Shown: piece by piece, positions 44,304 through 57,310 of the stretch
Layout: each line of letters starts with the position of its first letter
How positions within the stretch are numbered: position 1 is the stretch's first letter
Assembly: GCA_002269645.1 (NCBI GenBank)
Contig: NIVC01000100.1
Location: 62,001 to 126,000, forward strand
Length of the DNA: 64,000 nt
Reading direction: 5' to 3'
Origin: Macrostomum lignano
Lineage: Eukaryota
Made by a program: the position numbers and the translations under genes
Notes under the pieces: generated by a model
Seen by the model: the letters and a program-made list of their open reading frames with translations, nothing else
Databases searched by the model: none
Told to the model about the DNA's origin: nothing

Positions 44304-46127
44304 ACGGCTACTAACAGTTACCATGGACGCGTTGAGTTGCTAAGGACACGACTATAATAGATAGCGTTCAATCTATTTATCTGTTATTATATGGCTAAGC
44401 GTATTTTTTATGTAACTATTATCTAAACGCTGTGCTCTTATTTATATTGGATGTTGTGAATAATTAATATATGCACGATACTTCAAATGCTTATATACGC
44501 TCGTACGTAATTAGCTAGGGTACCTATTAACTATGTGCGCTTAGTAGCCTCTCATTGTATTTAATAATTGTATTTATAGCTTTGCCAAAACTTGTAATCA
44601 AATGCTCTTATTTACATTTGTTCTTTATGTAGCATTTTAGCAAAGCAAAAAACACACAAGGTGCAAAAACTCATACTATTTTTTTATTTTTTTATTCAGC
44701 TCAATTATACTCGCTTGTCAGTCTCTCTCTCTTCCTAAGTCGGCATTTCTCTAGTTTATAATTTCAATTATTTACGTTTTTTCTAATCTAACAAACGATT
44801 TGCTCATATTTTTGCTATCAACTTTTTTACTGCCTTATAGTTTTATATTTATTTCTCTGCTAAAATAAGCTGTACCCTACTGATATAAGTAGTGTAGCTC
44901 GGTAGGATGGCAATCTTTAATAAGTGTAAGTTTCTTAAAGTAGTGATTTGCATTGTTCCTTGTTAGGTATTGAATTATTTTATTTTTATTTTTAACCACC
45001 GTCATACTATTTATAATCCTTCAAAATTACTAATACTGCTATTAGTAAGCCGTGCGTTGATTCCGTTTATATATATTAACTCATGTGGCAGCAGTTTATT
45101 ATTTTTTAAATATAGCATCAAAATAATTTTGTTACTTATGTATCAACTATTCATTGTTTAAGCATTCAAATATAAGTTGCAACTATCTAAAACAAAATTA
45201 TACTTTATTATTATTCAGCAGCTATATAGCTTATAATCCATTATTACAATTTTTCATTATTACTTTAGTGAATAAAAACTCAATGTCTGTAATCGATGAC
45301 GAGCTTATTTATTTCGATTGTTAATTATTATTGTTAGAATAGCGCGTGTAAATAAGATGATTAACAAGTTTAAATGATATTTAGCTAGCATTTGTAAGCG
45401 ATAATGAACACTTATTAGACATTAAAACTAATTTCAGTCAAATATATATATATATAAAGATACAAACTTTTCAAAAGGGCGTATTAAAAATATCAGTTTT
45501 TCATAATTTGGATTTAGAACGATTTACCCTAGGTACAGGTTTACTGTTATGAAGTTCTACCGCAAAACAATAGAAATTTAAGTGGAAAATCTCGAAATTT
45601 TGTAATGAAGAATTTAAAAAATCAATTTATTCGATGGAAACATCCCGGTTGCTAAGGCATCCGACTTCTCCGCTAAAAACCTAAAGTGACCCTTAATATA
45701 GGTTTTTGTTTTTTTTATAACAATAGCATTTGAAGTAAACCTTGTTGGTTTTTATGCATAGTTTATTATCGGAGTGAAAAAGATCCCAGTTGCACGCACG
45801 CGAACCACTCGCCTCAAGTTACAATATTGAGCATCGAGAATCTGCGGATTCCTCGCGAGCCTTGTCATCTTGTCCTCTCCATCTGGATGTCGCGGCTCCA
45901 CTGCTGCTGCTGCCTCGTCTAAAAAGTTAATAAAGGTTTCGCTTACTAGATTTTGTGGTCTTGATGATTTTGGCTTCGCAAGCACCCGCTACCTATAGTT
46001 TGAGCGACTTCAGCACTACAGGCGACACTTTCATACGATTTTCAAAACAAACAGTTCTAAAAACAACCTTGAAGCTTTAAAATTAAACTTAAATCACTGC
46101 TCGGGCGTTTTAGAAATTTCCCCTTAC

Positions 46128-49100
46128 TTACTGACTACTTTGACGACCAACAGACGCAGTCGACATGTCATGATAATGAGCCCGAGTTTTCTCCCATTTC
46201 AATAGCGATATATGCTCAGCGTGCAGGCCGTCAGATTGATCCGGCGAAGACAGTTCAGGCTTTACTCTGATTGACGATCGCTGCTTCAAACTGCTTGTTG
46301 CCGGTGGTGCCGGACTGTCCACGTGGTTCTGTTGCTTGTCTTGCACACTCGACGTTGCCGCCGGTTCGACAAAGTGTACGTGCAATGCGTCTTGATCTTT
46401 GGGCAAAACTGTCGGTTGGGCGTATGAGGAATCAACTGACGTTTCAGGTGCAGGTAGTGTCACTTCCGGTGATGGAAAAGACGATCGTTGGTCTTGTTCT
46501 CGTTGCTGTTGTTGCGCTTCCGGTTGCACATGCGTATGTGTTACAGGTCTCGGAGCTTCTGGTTGTACTCTTACAATATCCGGCTTAGAAACAGCAGGTA
46601 TTTCTTTTGGTTTCCCACCCAGCAGCAGTAGCAAATGCTTCATCTGCAGCTCCAGATTCGCCAGTTTCTGCCGCTGCTCGTAGATTTCAGTTTCCAATCG
46701 TTCGACGCCGAATGAAGCGTCGGATTCCAGTCGGGTTAATTGACCTTTCAGCTCGGTCTCCAAGCTATTGATGTGCTCTCGTAGGTCTCTGCAAACCTCC
46801 TCGCCGTTCTCCGCTATCTCGTTTTCCATGTGCGCTTTAAGAGCGTCAGCATCGCCTCGATGTCCTTCTACTGAGCGACGCAGTTGCGCTCGACACTGAC
46901 GCAGCTGCTCGGCCTGGTAGGTCAGGAAGCGGCGATACGCCGCCGGGTAGTTGGCGAATTTGGACTGGTTCTGCCACCAGACCGACTGCTGCTGCTTCTG
47001 AAATGTGATACCAAATTAAATGTACTGCAACGTTGTTACTTTTGAATTGATTTATGATGTCTATGACTGTATGGGTATTGGTTATATCCCAGCAAACTTG
47101 TTGGCAAATTGAAACTCAAAAAACGTCTCAATTAGCGTTACCTCGGCCTCTTCCTCAGTCGGCAGTCGGGGCACTTCCCGAAAGCACGGACACCTTCTGA
47201 GCAGCTTCCAGGCGTAGTACGGGAACGACAGCGGCGGCGGAATGGGACTGATCTCAGAGAATTCCTGCAACAGCTCGAATTGGTTCTTTCGCCACAGTCC
47301 GTTGGCTTTGGTGGCCATCTGACTAACCGTATACGTAAACAGCGCAATCAGAAGATTCCACATCACCAGATTGACAATTAGCAAATAGAAGAATATTAGA
47401 ATTCCATTGTAGGCATTGTTGCCGCCCAAATCTGCGCAACCAAGACCGGTTGCTTCCTTGCTCGAGTTGCACGAAGTAAATAGCGTGTTCTCAAACAGAC
47501 CGAACATAAGCGACACTGGCAAAGTGAATATCAGCGTCAAAGACTGTTCGTCTCTGGCGTCTGCGAAAGCTGGAAACAGCAGGTTGAAAAAGAACACGCC
47601 GAATGAGTAGATTAGAACAAACATTATTAGTACGAATGGTAGCAGGTCTTTGAATATCAAACTTTTCAGGATGCAAATTTTTGGTCCTGTGACTCGGAAA
47701 TAGCTTAGCAGTGCAACAAATCGAAAGCCGAGTAGTAAGAACGATGTGCTTAATACCACCTGGCAGCTGCGGTATAGTGAGGCATCGACCACTCGACCCA
47801 GCAGTTTTAAAACGACTCCAGCCCACATCAATGAAAAACCACTGATGTCGAAGTAGTTGAACAAATCTGTAAAATACAGCGGCACCCGCAATCGTTTATG
47901 TCTAATGTAAACGTCCATTATTGCGCTTTTATTAAGAATGTTATCCACTTCCTGTAGTGTTAATGACAGAGCGTAAGCCAGCAGGATGATATCAGCGGCT
48001 GGATGCTCTAGATTCCACTTGAAATCCGTCACGTACCAGGCAAAGTACGCGAGAAAGACGAGGTAGAAAGTCATGTAGATGCCGAACCGTTGTTGAATTG
48101 AAACTTTCGATCGCTTATTCAGCACATTGCACTGCACCTGGACGCCTTGATCCCAGGGCAGCGGGGGCGGCTTGCGCCACTGCCTGTCTACCAGCTGACT
48201 AATGCACTCAGTAGCGTATAGATCATCGCAGTCAAGCATCTCCACCATGTCCATCACGGACATGAAATTTCGATTTTCATTTTTGTTTCGCTCTTCAAGC
48301 CGTTTCGCTTGTCTGGAGTGTCGCTTGTGCTTTCTGATCGCCTTGCCCTCCGCCTCCAGCTCGTCATCGTCGCTGTCGGTCTCCTCAGCGTCGTCATCCG
48401 CTATCATAGGCACCGGCCCCGGAAACTTCGGTCCTAATACGTTCTTCTCGTCCGTAAAGTTTGCCGTTAGGTACTTGAACAGTAGTCTTCTCTCGGTAGC
48501 GTGTGCGTTAACGCATAGATTCTCGAGAACATTTACTACTACATTTAGCGCCTTGTCTCGAACTCTTTTCAACTGTTCGTTCCTCATCAGCTCAACTTTC
48601 GGTCTCAGGTGAATAAGCAGTCGCAGAGTCTCTGGTATGATGTCGAATTGAGGCAGAAGCATCAAATCCGACAGTAGCTTCGGTTTTTCAAAGAAAATAG
48701 CGCATTCGATCAGCGTCAAATGCTCAACAAAGTCCTCCGAGAGCATTCGGAATTTTTCCAGATCTTTAAAGCTTCTCCGCTGTTGTGCCTCCGATTCGTC
48801 CTCTTTTCGCATCAGGATGTAGTTGATCACCTGGTCGCGCATGTCCTCGGCTGCGAATCCGGCTACAATTAGGCTGCGCAGCATCTGGCTCGAGTCGAGC
48901 TCCAGAGCTCGGTAGAGAATCAGCACCTCGGGAGCCTCGCTTGGCGAAGCCTGATTCCCAGCCGTATCGACCATTCGTCTTGAACTGTGATTCCTCTCAA
49001 TGTTGGTGCGTAGACTCAGGTCGGAAAACAGGTTGAGCAGATTTCTAGCACTCTGTCGGTCCGGCAGAGGTAAAGCTCGTCTTGTCGGATCCACTAGGCG

Positions 49101-52100
49101 AAGTATTTCGCTAAGATCGACACCAGAACTGACGGCCACTTCGCACAGGGTCGGCAGTTTGCCGCTCTGGCAGGCATAATCGACGCAGGTCTGATTGGAC
49201 GTCGTGTAGTCTTCGAGCTTGAGACCCTGGCTGAGTAAATAGCTAATATTCTCTTTGTGACCCGCTTCGCATGCAAAGTGCAGACTGGTGGCACCTTTCA
49301 TCGGACCTTCGTTGACTCCAATTGACAACAGCTGGGGCAAACTTAGATCACACAATTGACAGAGCGGCGTCTGCAGATTCATGATGCTGTACCGACTGCA
49401 AAACACGTGAATCGCGTGCAATCCATTGGAGTTTCTCTGCAACTTGCTAAATGCCTTCTTTAATTCCGGTTGGGAAATTCGCTTGAGAATCGATTTTAAA
49501 TTGTTTTCATCCAGTTCGGATGCGAGAAGGCAATTTCTCATCGCTTTGTTTTCGGAAGTGAAGTCGACCCCGGCTTTGATCAGCTGCTCAGCTACATCTG
49601 CCAACTGCCCAACGGAGAAGCTGAATCGCACTCGAGGATCCAATACAAGAAACAGAGCGTGCAGCAGAGTGTTGCCGTCCTTGTCGATGCACTGGTGTTC
49701 ATCAAGATCAATATAGCGGGCGTGAAAGAAGTTAAAGTTCTTAGCCAAACAGGCAATAAACAGCGGGTTTCTGCCGTCTTTGTCAACCATCTTTAATGCG
49801 TCGAATTTGTCCGATTTACCAAACAGCGGATAGATCCGCTCGAACATAGGCACCCCATGAGCTCGATTCAGCGTGCACACGTGCAGGCAGGTTCTGCCAT
49901 CGTCGTCTGTTGATTTGAGCACTTCCAGAATCGCTGCCGAGTCCTTGACATTATCAAATAAGTAGGCTAGCATGCCTTCGGATCTTTCATTGCGAGCTGC
50001 GTAATGTGCGCAGGTCCGGTTCCGATAGCCGCGAAGTGTAAGCGCCGCGTTGCCAACCTTGTTCACCAGTTTGGCCACCGTGCTGACGTCCTGCTTCAGC
50101 AGTGCAATATGCAACGCCGTCGCTTCGTCGGTGTCGCGGCAGAGAAACAGGCTTGGATCGTGATTGGCTACTAGCCATAGCAGCGCCGCTGGCGAGCGTT
50201 CATTATCCGCTGCGTAGTGCGCAATAGTGCGTCTGTACTTACCACCAGGAAGGCTGAGGCACTCCAGACCGAGCTTCTCTAATAACAGCTCGGCAACTTT
50301 GTCGTTTTGCTTTAAGAAAGCGAAATGAACGGGGGTGTCGCCATTATTGTCGGGCACCGTGAACGCGTGCATGTCCAGGTTGTCAATTAGCCACAGTATG
50401 GCGCTTGGACTTCGTTCGTTGAGGGCTGCATAGTGAACTGCGGTGCGTCCTTTGAAGCCTTTTAATGCTAGACAGTCGGTTCCGAGTATTCCAACCAGGC
50501 GTTGAACTGTGTCGACAGTTTGCACCTTGAATGCATAGTGCATAGCGGTGCTAGTCCTCTCTATCGAGGTCAAAAAAATCTCGGGCTCCAGAGTATCCAG
50601 CAGCCAATAGAACGCGCTAGGACTGCGCTCGTTCAGCGCCGCAAAGTGCGCCGCCGTCTGCTTGTTGTCGATTTGTGACCTGAGTCGGCCCCAGCCAGCC
50701 TTAGACACCAGCCTGGCTACAACTTCGGCGGTCTGGTTCCTGAAGGCCCAATGAAGCGGAGTGGTTTCTTCGGCGTCTACGGCGTGAAACAAATGCGATT
50801 CGTGGTTCTCAATCAGATACAGCAGGGCACTGGCGCTGCGCTCGTTAAGAGCAGCGTAGTGAGCCGCTGTGCGCTTGTATTTGCCGCCGGGCAGCTTCAG
50901 ACAGCCTCTGCCCAGTTTTTCTATTAAGGCTATCGCCACGTGAGCGTCTTGCTTCCAGAATGCCTGGTGAAAGGCGCAATCGCCCTGAGCATCGGGAGTT
51001 AAGAGTATCGATTGGTCCTGAGTTTCGATTATCCAAAGCAGGGCGCTTGAGCTCCGTTCGTTCAGAGCAGCATAGTGAGCCGCCGTGCGACCTCGTTCAC
51101 CTCTTTGCTTCAGACAGTCGATGCCCAGCGAGCTAACCAACTCATTGATAGTCTTTCCGCACTGTTTCCAAAAGGCCAGATGGATAGCCGTGTCTCCGTT
51201 TCCGTCGGCGTTGCAGAACATGTCCGACTGTTGATTCTCGAGCAGCCACAGTAGCGGGCCGTGGTTTCTCTCGTTGAGCGTGGCGTAGTGCACCGCAGTG
51301 CGTCCGTTTTCGCCTTGTAGACTGAGACAATCGAAGCCTAGCTTGTCAACTAGGGCCTTGACAGCCGACGCGTCCTGCTTCCAGAAGGCCAGATGAACCG
51401 GGGTGTCGCCGTTGGCGTCCGGCATCAGAAAGTCGTCCGGATTTTCCTGGGTATCAATCAGCCACATCAGGGCCTCGGAGTTGTCCTCGTTCATGGCGAC
51501 CATGTGGAAAGCTGTCTTGTTGGCCTCGCCTTTCACTCTCAGATAGCGACCATTGTCTCTCTCAGCAAGCACCTGCAGAGTTCTCGTGTCCTGAATAGCG
51601 AACACGTATTGTAGGGCGGTGAAATTTTCGTCGTCAGCATCGTCTATGAAGTCACGCTGTTCGAGCCGGTCGAGCAGCCAAAACAGAGCAGCTGGACTGT
51701 TCCGATTCCAGGCTGCGCAGTGCAAAGCCTTGCGACTTTTGCAGCCTTCCAATCGTAGGCAATCGATGCCGAGGTGCTCCACCATCAGCTCTAGGGCGGC
51801 TGGACCAGTTAGAACACCCTGTAAGCGAGCGGCGATGTGTACGATGGTGTCATTCTCTGGGTTTCTAACGGACAGGCAGTCGGCACCGAGGCGGGTCAGC
51901 AGGAACCGCAGCACTGTGAGATCCTCATCTTTGGCTGCTGTCAGAACCGCATGAGTCACCTCTGGATCGCATTTTATTGTCGCAGTCTGTAAACCCGACC
52001 GAATTTTATCGCATAAGCTATTTTGAGTATTCTCATCCTTCGATTGGACGGCCTGGAGTAGCTTGTCATACAATCGCATGCCGGCCTTTGTCACGTGATT

Positions 52101-52112
52101 TCCAACTTCCGT
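46128..52112 (-). CDS. TRP cation channel with ~25 N-terminal ankyrin repeats and a TRPM-type transmembrane/TRP-box/coiled-coil C-terminal half (~1950 aa)
   Basis: Exon 52112-47142 (catttag|ACG...GAG|gtaacg; first ATG at 52079) and exon 46997-46128, phase 0. Ankyrin TAxHxAA/TPxHxA motifs; six TM segments; GPKICILKSLIFKDLLPF; pore LMFGLFE with CNSSKEATGLGC; NLLIALFTYTV...LWRKNQFELLQEF...PIPPPLS; C-terminal coiled coil. Confidence 0.88.
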
Positions 52113-52389
52113 CTAAATGGTTAAGTTATGGGTTACTGCATTAGTCTGCCATATATAGTTTGTGGCATTAGTCTGTTGCACTCAGTCAAAGACAATTAAT
52201 TAGTCTGCCGAGCTTAATTTAAGTTTGGACACTATAGTCTATGGTAACAGTCTGCTGCACATAAGCCTAAAATATAGTCTACTGTATGGCGAGGCGTCTG
52301 AGGCGTCTGATTCTCGCACCACTACCCCTGGTTTAATTCTAGGTGCGGCTATATTAATTTGCGGGTCGTACGATTCCAAATCCCTAAGG

Positions 52390-52510
52390 AACAGTGTGTA
52401 CATGCCTGACGATTTGAAAAACAGGGCCCCTGTACACTCTGCGTGAGCGTGTGCTGGTATAGGTGCGTGCCTGTGTACAGTATTGGCGCGCTTGTATATT
52501 GCCCAGGAGC
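52390..52510. repeat. Dispersed hairpin-containing repeat, copy related to 22060-22130 and 26770-26870
   Basis: GTGTACATGCCTGACGATTTGAA...CTGTACACTCTGCGTGAGCGTGTGC. Confidence 0.55.
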
Positions 52511-53988
52511 CAGCGGAGTGGGGAGCTAGAGGAGCCTCAGCGCTTGTTGTGGGACGAAGTCCACAGTATAGGTCTCCTCCCCGAGTTTACTTTTTATATA
52601 GTCTATGGTATCAGTCAGCTGCACCTAGTCTAAGACACGATTTGCCAAATCAAGCCAATTTTCGCTTTGAACTTACCTCTTACTATAGTGCAATGACAAT
52701 CATCTTGCGAAGCTCTTCACTTAATGGTCAGTTTTAACAAAATCTATTCTGCAGCTAAATATGGTTTTCTATAGATGTTTTATATCGTACTGAAGAACAA
52801 ACTCTTGCGCCTATAGCGGCCTACCTACCCACTCACGCCATAGTTCCATGAGCAAACTATCTCTCTTTCTGTCTCTCTATCTTCTCACCTATCTTTCTCA
52901 CTGTGTGTGTCTTTCTATTTCTCTTGCCCCACTCTTGGCTGTTCGTTCTCTGCAAAAAAATCGTATTAGCATCCACATTGTCTGTTCTTTGCTCTATATA
53001 GTTTACTTCTTTTTAAGCAATACAATCTGCTGCATGGCAGTCTTCCTTTCGACTAAAGTTATGCCTCGAACGGCAATTAAGCTTAACCCGAATATGGACG
53101 AGCTTTTCTCTACAATTCCTATGCCGTCTCTACGGCCATTTTTCCTGCCTTCAGCTGCTTGGCCTCAGCCCTTCTGCCTATACTTTACAACCCCCTGTTT
53201 ATAATGTTTATCGCCCCTATATCTCAAGTGGAATGTTTTCTGTCTGTCTGCACCCATTTAACTCAACAGTAACTATAATTCTCTTTGAGAGGAGGCTTGC
53301 GCAAATGTATGCAATTCCATTTTGTGGAAATTTTTTATACAATAGGCCTTTTTTAATTTGCTTATAGCTATAACTATGTACGCATGTATATGCATCAAGT
53401 GAACCACACACAATTTATATAGAGACAAAAAAGATTCTCTTAGGAATCGTGCTCAAACTCTCTGTTGCTGAAAGTGCAAATACATTTACTTTTTTCTCTG
53501 TAATAAGGCGGCCGACAATTGTTCAGCTTGACTTACTTGACTTAGCTGCAGGGCTGTCCCGGAGGGGATTGTTCAGCACTTGCACCGAAAGACGTTTAAT
53601 TTTTTAAATTTGAAGTGCAGTTGTTAATTGATCTTTAGGAGAGAAAAAGGGTGGGGTCGAGGACGCGGATGTGTGCTGAGAACAGCAACTTCATGCATGT
53701 CATTTTTTTTAGATTTTAAATTTACTTTGAGCTACACGATGCATGATATGCTATATACTGGGTAAACAAGTATTTCAGCCCTCAAATACGGGCTCTCAAT
53801 GAAAATCTTGGCTTTACACTCAATGTATACAGAGCATAAATTGTTTGGTATGTTGTTGAAACTGTTAAGTATTATATCAAGTGGTGCTCTTGATCCAGAC
53901 GATCAGCCAAATTAGAATACGTTGATTTTATTAGTATTTATATGTACATTACATTCCTTTAATAAATCAAATGCTTTAATGCGTAGAG

Positions 53989-54496
53989 CACGAGAATAAT
54001 TTGCTTGCGAGCGAATTGCCCGCTGAGTTTTTTTCCCGCCGAGGTTTGCCCGCAATGCTTTTTTTCCTGCAGCGCATTTATAGCCACGAAGGCTAGATTT
54101 TGTCTGCATCGCCCCCCTCCCAATGCTTTACATGTACTGTGTAAGTCTTATTAAAGAGATTTCCGGTGGCCAATTAAAGCGAGACTGCATTTGTATGAAT
54201 GTTAAATAGCTCAGCACCGATGTAACCCTGCATGTATAGAACTGAATACCTACAAAAATATATATTTGATATGCAGTTACTATAAAAAATTGACATTGAG
54301 TACAGTAAATCTCTTTATTAAGACTTACTATAAGCATTGGGGAGGCAATGCAGACAAAATCTGCCGCGTGGCTAAAATGCGCTGCAGGAAAAAGTATTGT
54401 GGGCAAACCTCGGCGGGGAAAAACTCGGCGGGCAATTAATTCACTACTCGCGGGAAAATTGCACTGCGGGTAAATCTCGGTGGGCAATTCTCATGG
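53989..54496. mobile_element. Non-autonomous DNA transposon (MITE-like) with ~115-bp imperfect inverted arms
   Basis: 54014-54128 (AATTGCCCGCTGAG...CCCGCCGAGGTTTGCCC...CCTGCAGCGCATTT...GATTTTGTCTGCAT...CCCAATGCTT) is the reverse complement of ~54331-54437; weaker pairing extends outwards. No ORF. Confidence 0.7.
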
Positions 54497-56999
54497 ACCA
54501 TTTAATGCCACGTAAATTCTTACCTATTAATTTCAATGACTTGATCCAAATCTCTGACAACTTATATTTATTACGAAAAAAATTGAGCGATTAACTGTGA
54601 AACTATGTTTATTAAATGTATGATGTTAACCAGCGGGTAGGGTCGATTAACTATGGTAAATGCTTTTGGTGAAGTTAAAATTATCAAAGTTGTTGAAATG
54701 CAGAAAAATGTATAAACTGTGTGATTTCAAACTCCTATTTTCTAAGAAAGGTAAAGTTTTAACTGTTCCTAAGTCAGTGGTTAGTCGATTTCTTTTAATT
54801 CCTTTGGACTAACCTTTCAAAAAAAATTAGTTGGCATGGCCAAGCTGGCTAGCTAGCTAGTATTAATATTAATAACTAGGCAACCTAAATCAAGAACAAT
54901 TTATTAATGAAACGTCTAGCCCTAGACTAAACTTGTTTATTGCTTGTAAATATATTTCCCCAATTTTCCCCTGCCCTACTAATCTTAAAAAAAGATAGCA
55001 TTGTCTTGTTCCTGATCGTCAACAGTGCAAAATATCTCGTATTATAAAAACTAATCAAAGATTCAATGTCTCTTGGTAAGATTGTCAGATATGATATAAT
55101 TCTTATAAAACATATAGACTGCATGCATATGCATTATATAAATGCTACAGAAAAGTTTGTGAGCTTTAAAAATTATATAATATTATCAAAATGAGGCCTA
55201 GGGGCATAGAGAAGGGGATTTATCCTTCCCAAGAAACCAAACTTTGTTTTTCTAGTATATGATAGAAATGTCTACGACTACAATGATAATAATTTATCCC
55301 TCTTCCCCAAAAGCCATAGTTCAGAAGGCAACACAAGAAGGTAGATTTCCCAGCATACAAGGGTACTTACCATTTTTAGCATATATCCGGGTATATCCCA
55401 GCATTCATGACAGCAGATGCATTGTGTCAATGGCAATTTTTTGTATTGATGCACAAACCCAGCATATTAATAAGCCAAGGTCTCTGCTGGTCTCATCATT
55501 TTTTTCTTGCATTAAACCCAGCATATAATACACATTCCAAACTATGGCCAAAAGTAACTATACCCCCCCCCCAAAAAAATTTATAGATGCCTAATCAAAA
55601 TAAAAAACAATAGCTAATATAATACTATATTAGCCATAGCATAGGCAAAGCAATTTATACATTTATACTATCTTATCTATTATTAGTTTTTTTAGTCCTA
55701 AATATTATATTATATTTAGGAGGTATAAAAAATATAAAATATATTATAATGTCATTAGCAAGTAAGGATAGAGACTTTGATTTAGTAGCAATGATTTTAT
55801 TCTTTTCTAAGTTATTGATTTATGCAATTTTTTATATTTTAAATATATAAACAGAAAAACTGGAGCTTTCTAAGAACTCTTAGACTAAATAGGTTGCAAG
55901 GAAGAACTCTAGCTAGGCCCTAGCTACTAAGTATTTCAAGCCTAAAAGTCACAAGGAGAACCATAAAAAAGTTAGTTATTATTTTTTGTTTCTCATTATT
56001 TTAAAAGAACTTTCCTTGGTAATATTTAATTAAGCCATATGACTAAGCCTAAACTTGGCTATTTTTTGTATAACAACTGTGTACACTTAATTTTGAATCT
56101 GAAAATTCTATACTAAGTCTTAATACTAAAGTTGGTACGTTGTTTGTCTGTTTGTGTGATACATATCTCCTCCTAGATGACAAGTCAGCGTTGAAACTTA
56201 TATGGGAAAACTGCAAATTTTCCGAGGATGGCAGTGGGCTATTTCAATTTTTTATTTTCAAATTTTAAGATCCCTAAAAAAGCAGAAATTGTAGAACAAT
56301 AGGGGAATATGCCCATCTTGCATAATTTGCAATGATTGCGCCACAACAGCTGGCCTATCTGTGCAGTGTATTCTTTCAGCTGAAAGGGTGTAAGCTTGGC
56401 TGGTTGACATTTTTAGCGATTGCGCCACAACTGTGTGCACTGAGAACTTAACCAAACCCCCTTGTGTTGAGGGTGCTGGGGTGGCAGTGGAATTCAATGC
56501 TTTAAATTGGGATATTTCAAACGCCAACTTTTCCTCAAGTTTTGAACTCTGAGAGAAGAGACTTATATTGCTGGAAAGATCTTTCAATGCTGACTTCGAG
56601 GATATAAGTTGTTTGCTTTAAATATGAAAGCAAAAAGCACTGCATTCAAGAAGAGATTTCCATACTTTTAACTTTCTGCAAAGATTGTACTCATTTTATG
56701 GTTTCAATGGGGGTTCGACCGACCCCCTAACAGTTGGGGGGGGGGTTGAATTTCTAACCTTCACTGCGTATTGGAAGGGGTCGGTCACTGTGTATTGGAG
56801 GGTTGATTTAGATTGCGCAATTTTTTTCTTAACTTTACTGAGATTGATACTGAATGACTATGAAATCGGTTGCGCATTCAATGATTCAATTGGTTCAATT
56901 TTTTTTATTGGCGCCTTTTAACATGCTGCTGTGTGTAGCTCTAACCCTAACCCTAACCATTGAATCCTAAGAGTTTATTCCTTTTGACAGAGAAAATTT

Positions 57000-57310
57000 C
57001 GATTGAGTCCAGTTTCACGGAGAGAATTTCAATGGTTTTCAGTTTCTTGGAGAGGATTTCTGTCTTGCGGAGAGGATTTCGATGGTTTTCAGTTTCACAG
57101 AGAGGATTTCTGTTTCGTGGAGATAATTTTGATGTATTTCTGTTTTACGGAGACAATTTTGATGGATTTTAGTTTCACACAGAGGATTTCCTTGGAGTCC
57201 AGTTTCACGGAGACAATTTCTGTTTTGTGGAGAAGATTTCAATGGTGTTCAGTTGCATGGAGACGATTTCTGTTGCACGGAGAGGATTTCGATAGTGTTT
57301 AGTTTTGCGG
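57000..57310. repeat. Degenerate GGAGAGGATTTC...TTTCAGTTTCAC repeat array
   Basis: Recurring AGAGGATTTC and CAGTTTCAC motifs at irregular ~20-30-bp spacing. Confidence 0.7.

Noticed and set aside
45752-45985. 77-aa minus ORF as an extra TRP exon
   Set aside because: An in-frame TAG immediately precedes it, and splicing from the ca|gtaagt donor gives a stop or only a short tail; probably 3' UTR.
56941-56958. Telomere-type (CCCTAA)3
   Set aside because: Only three units; too short to indicate an interstitial telomere or chromosome fusion.
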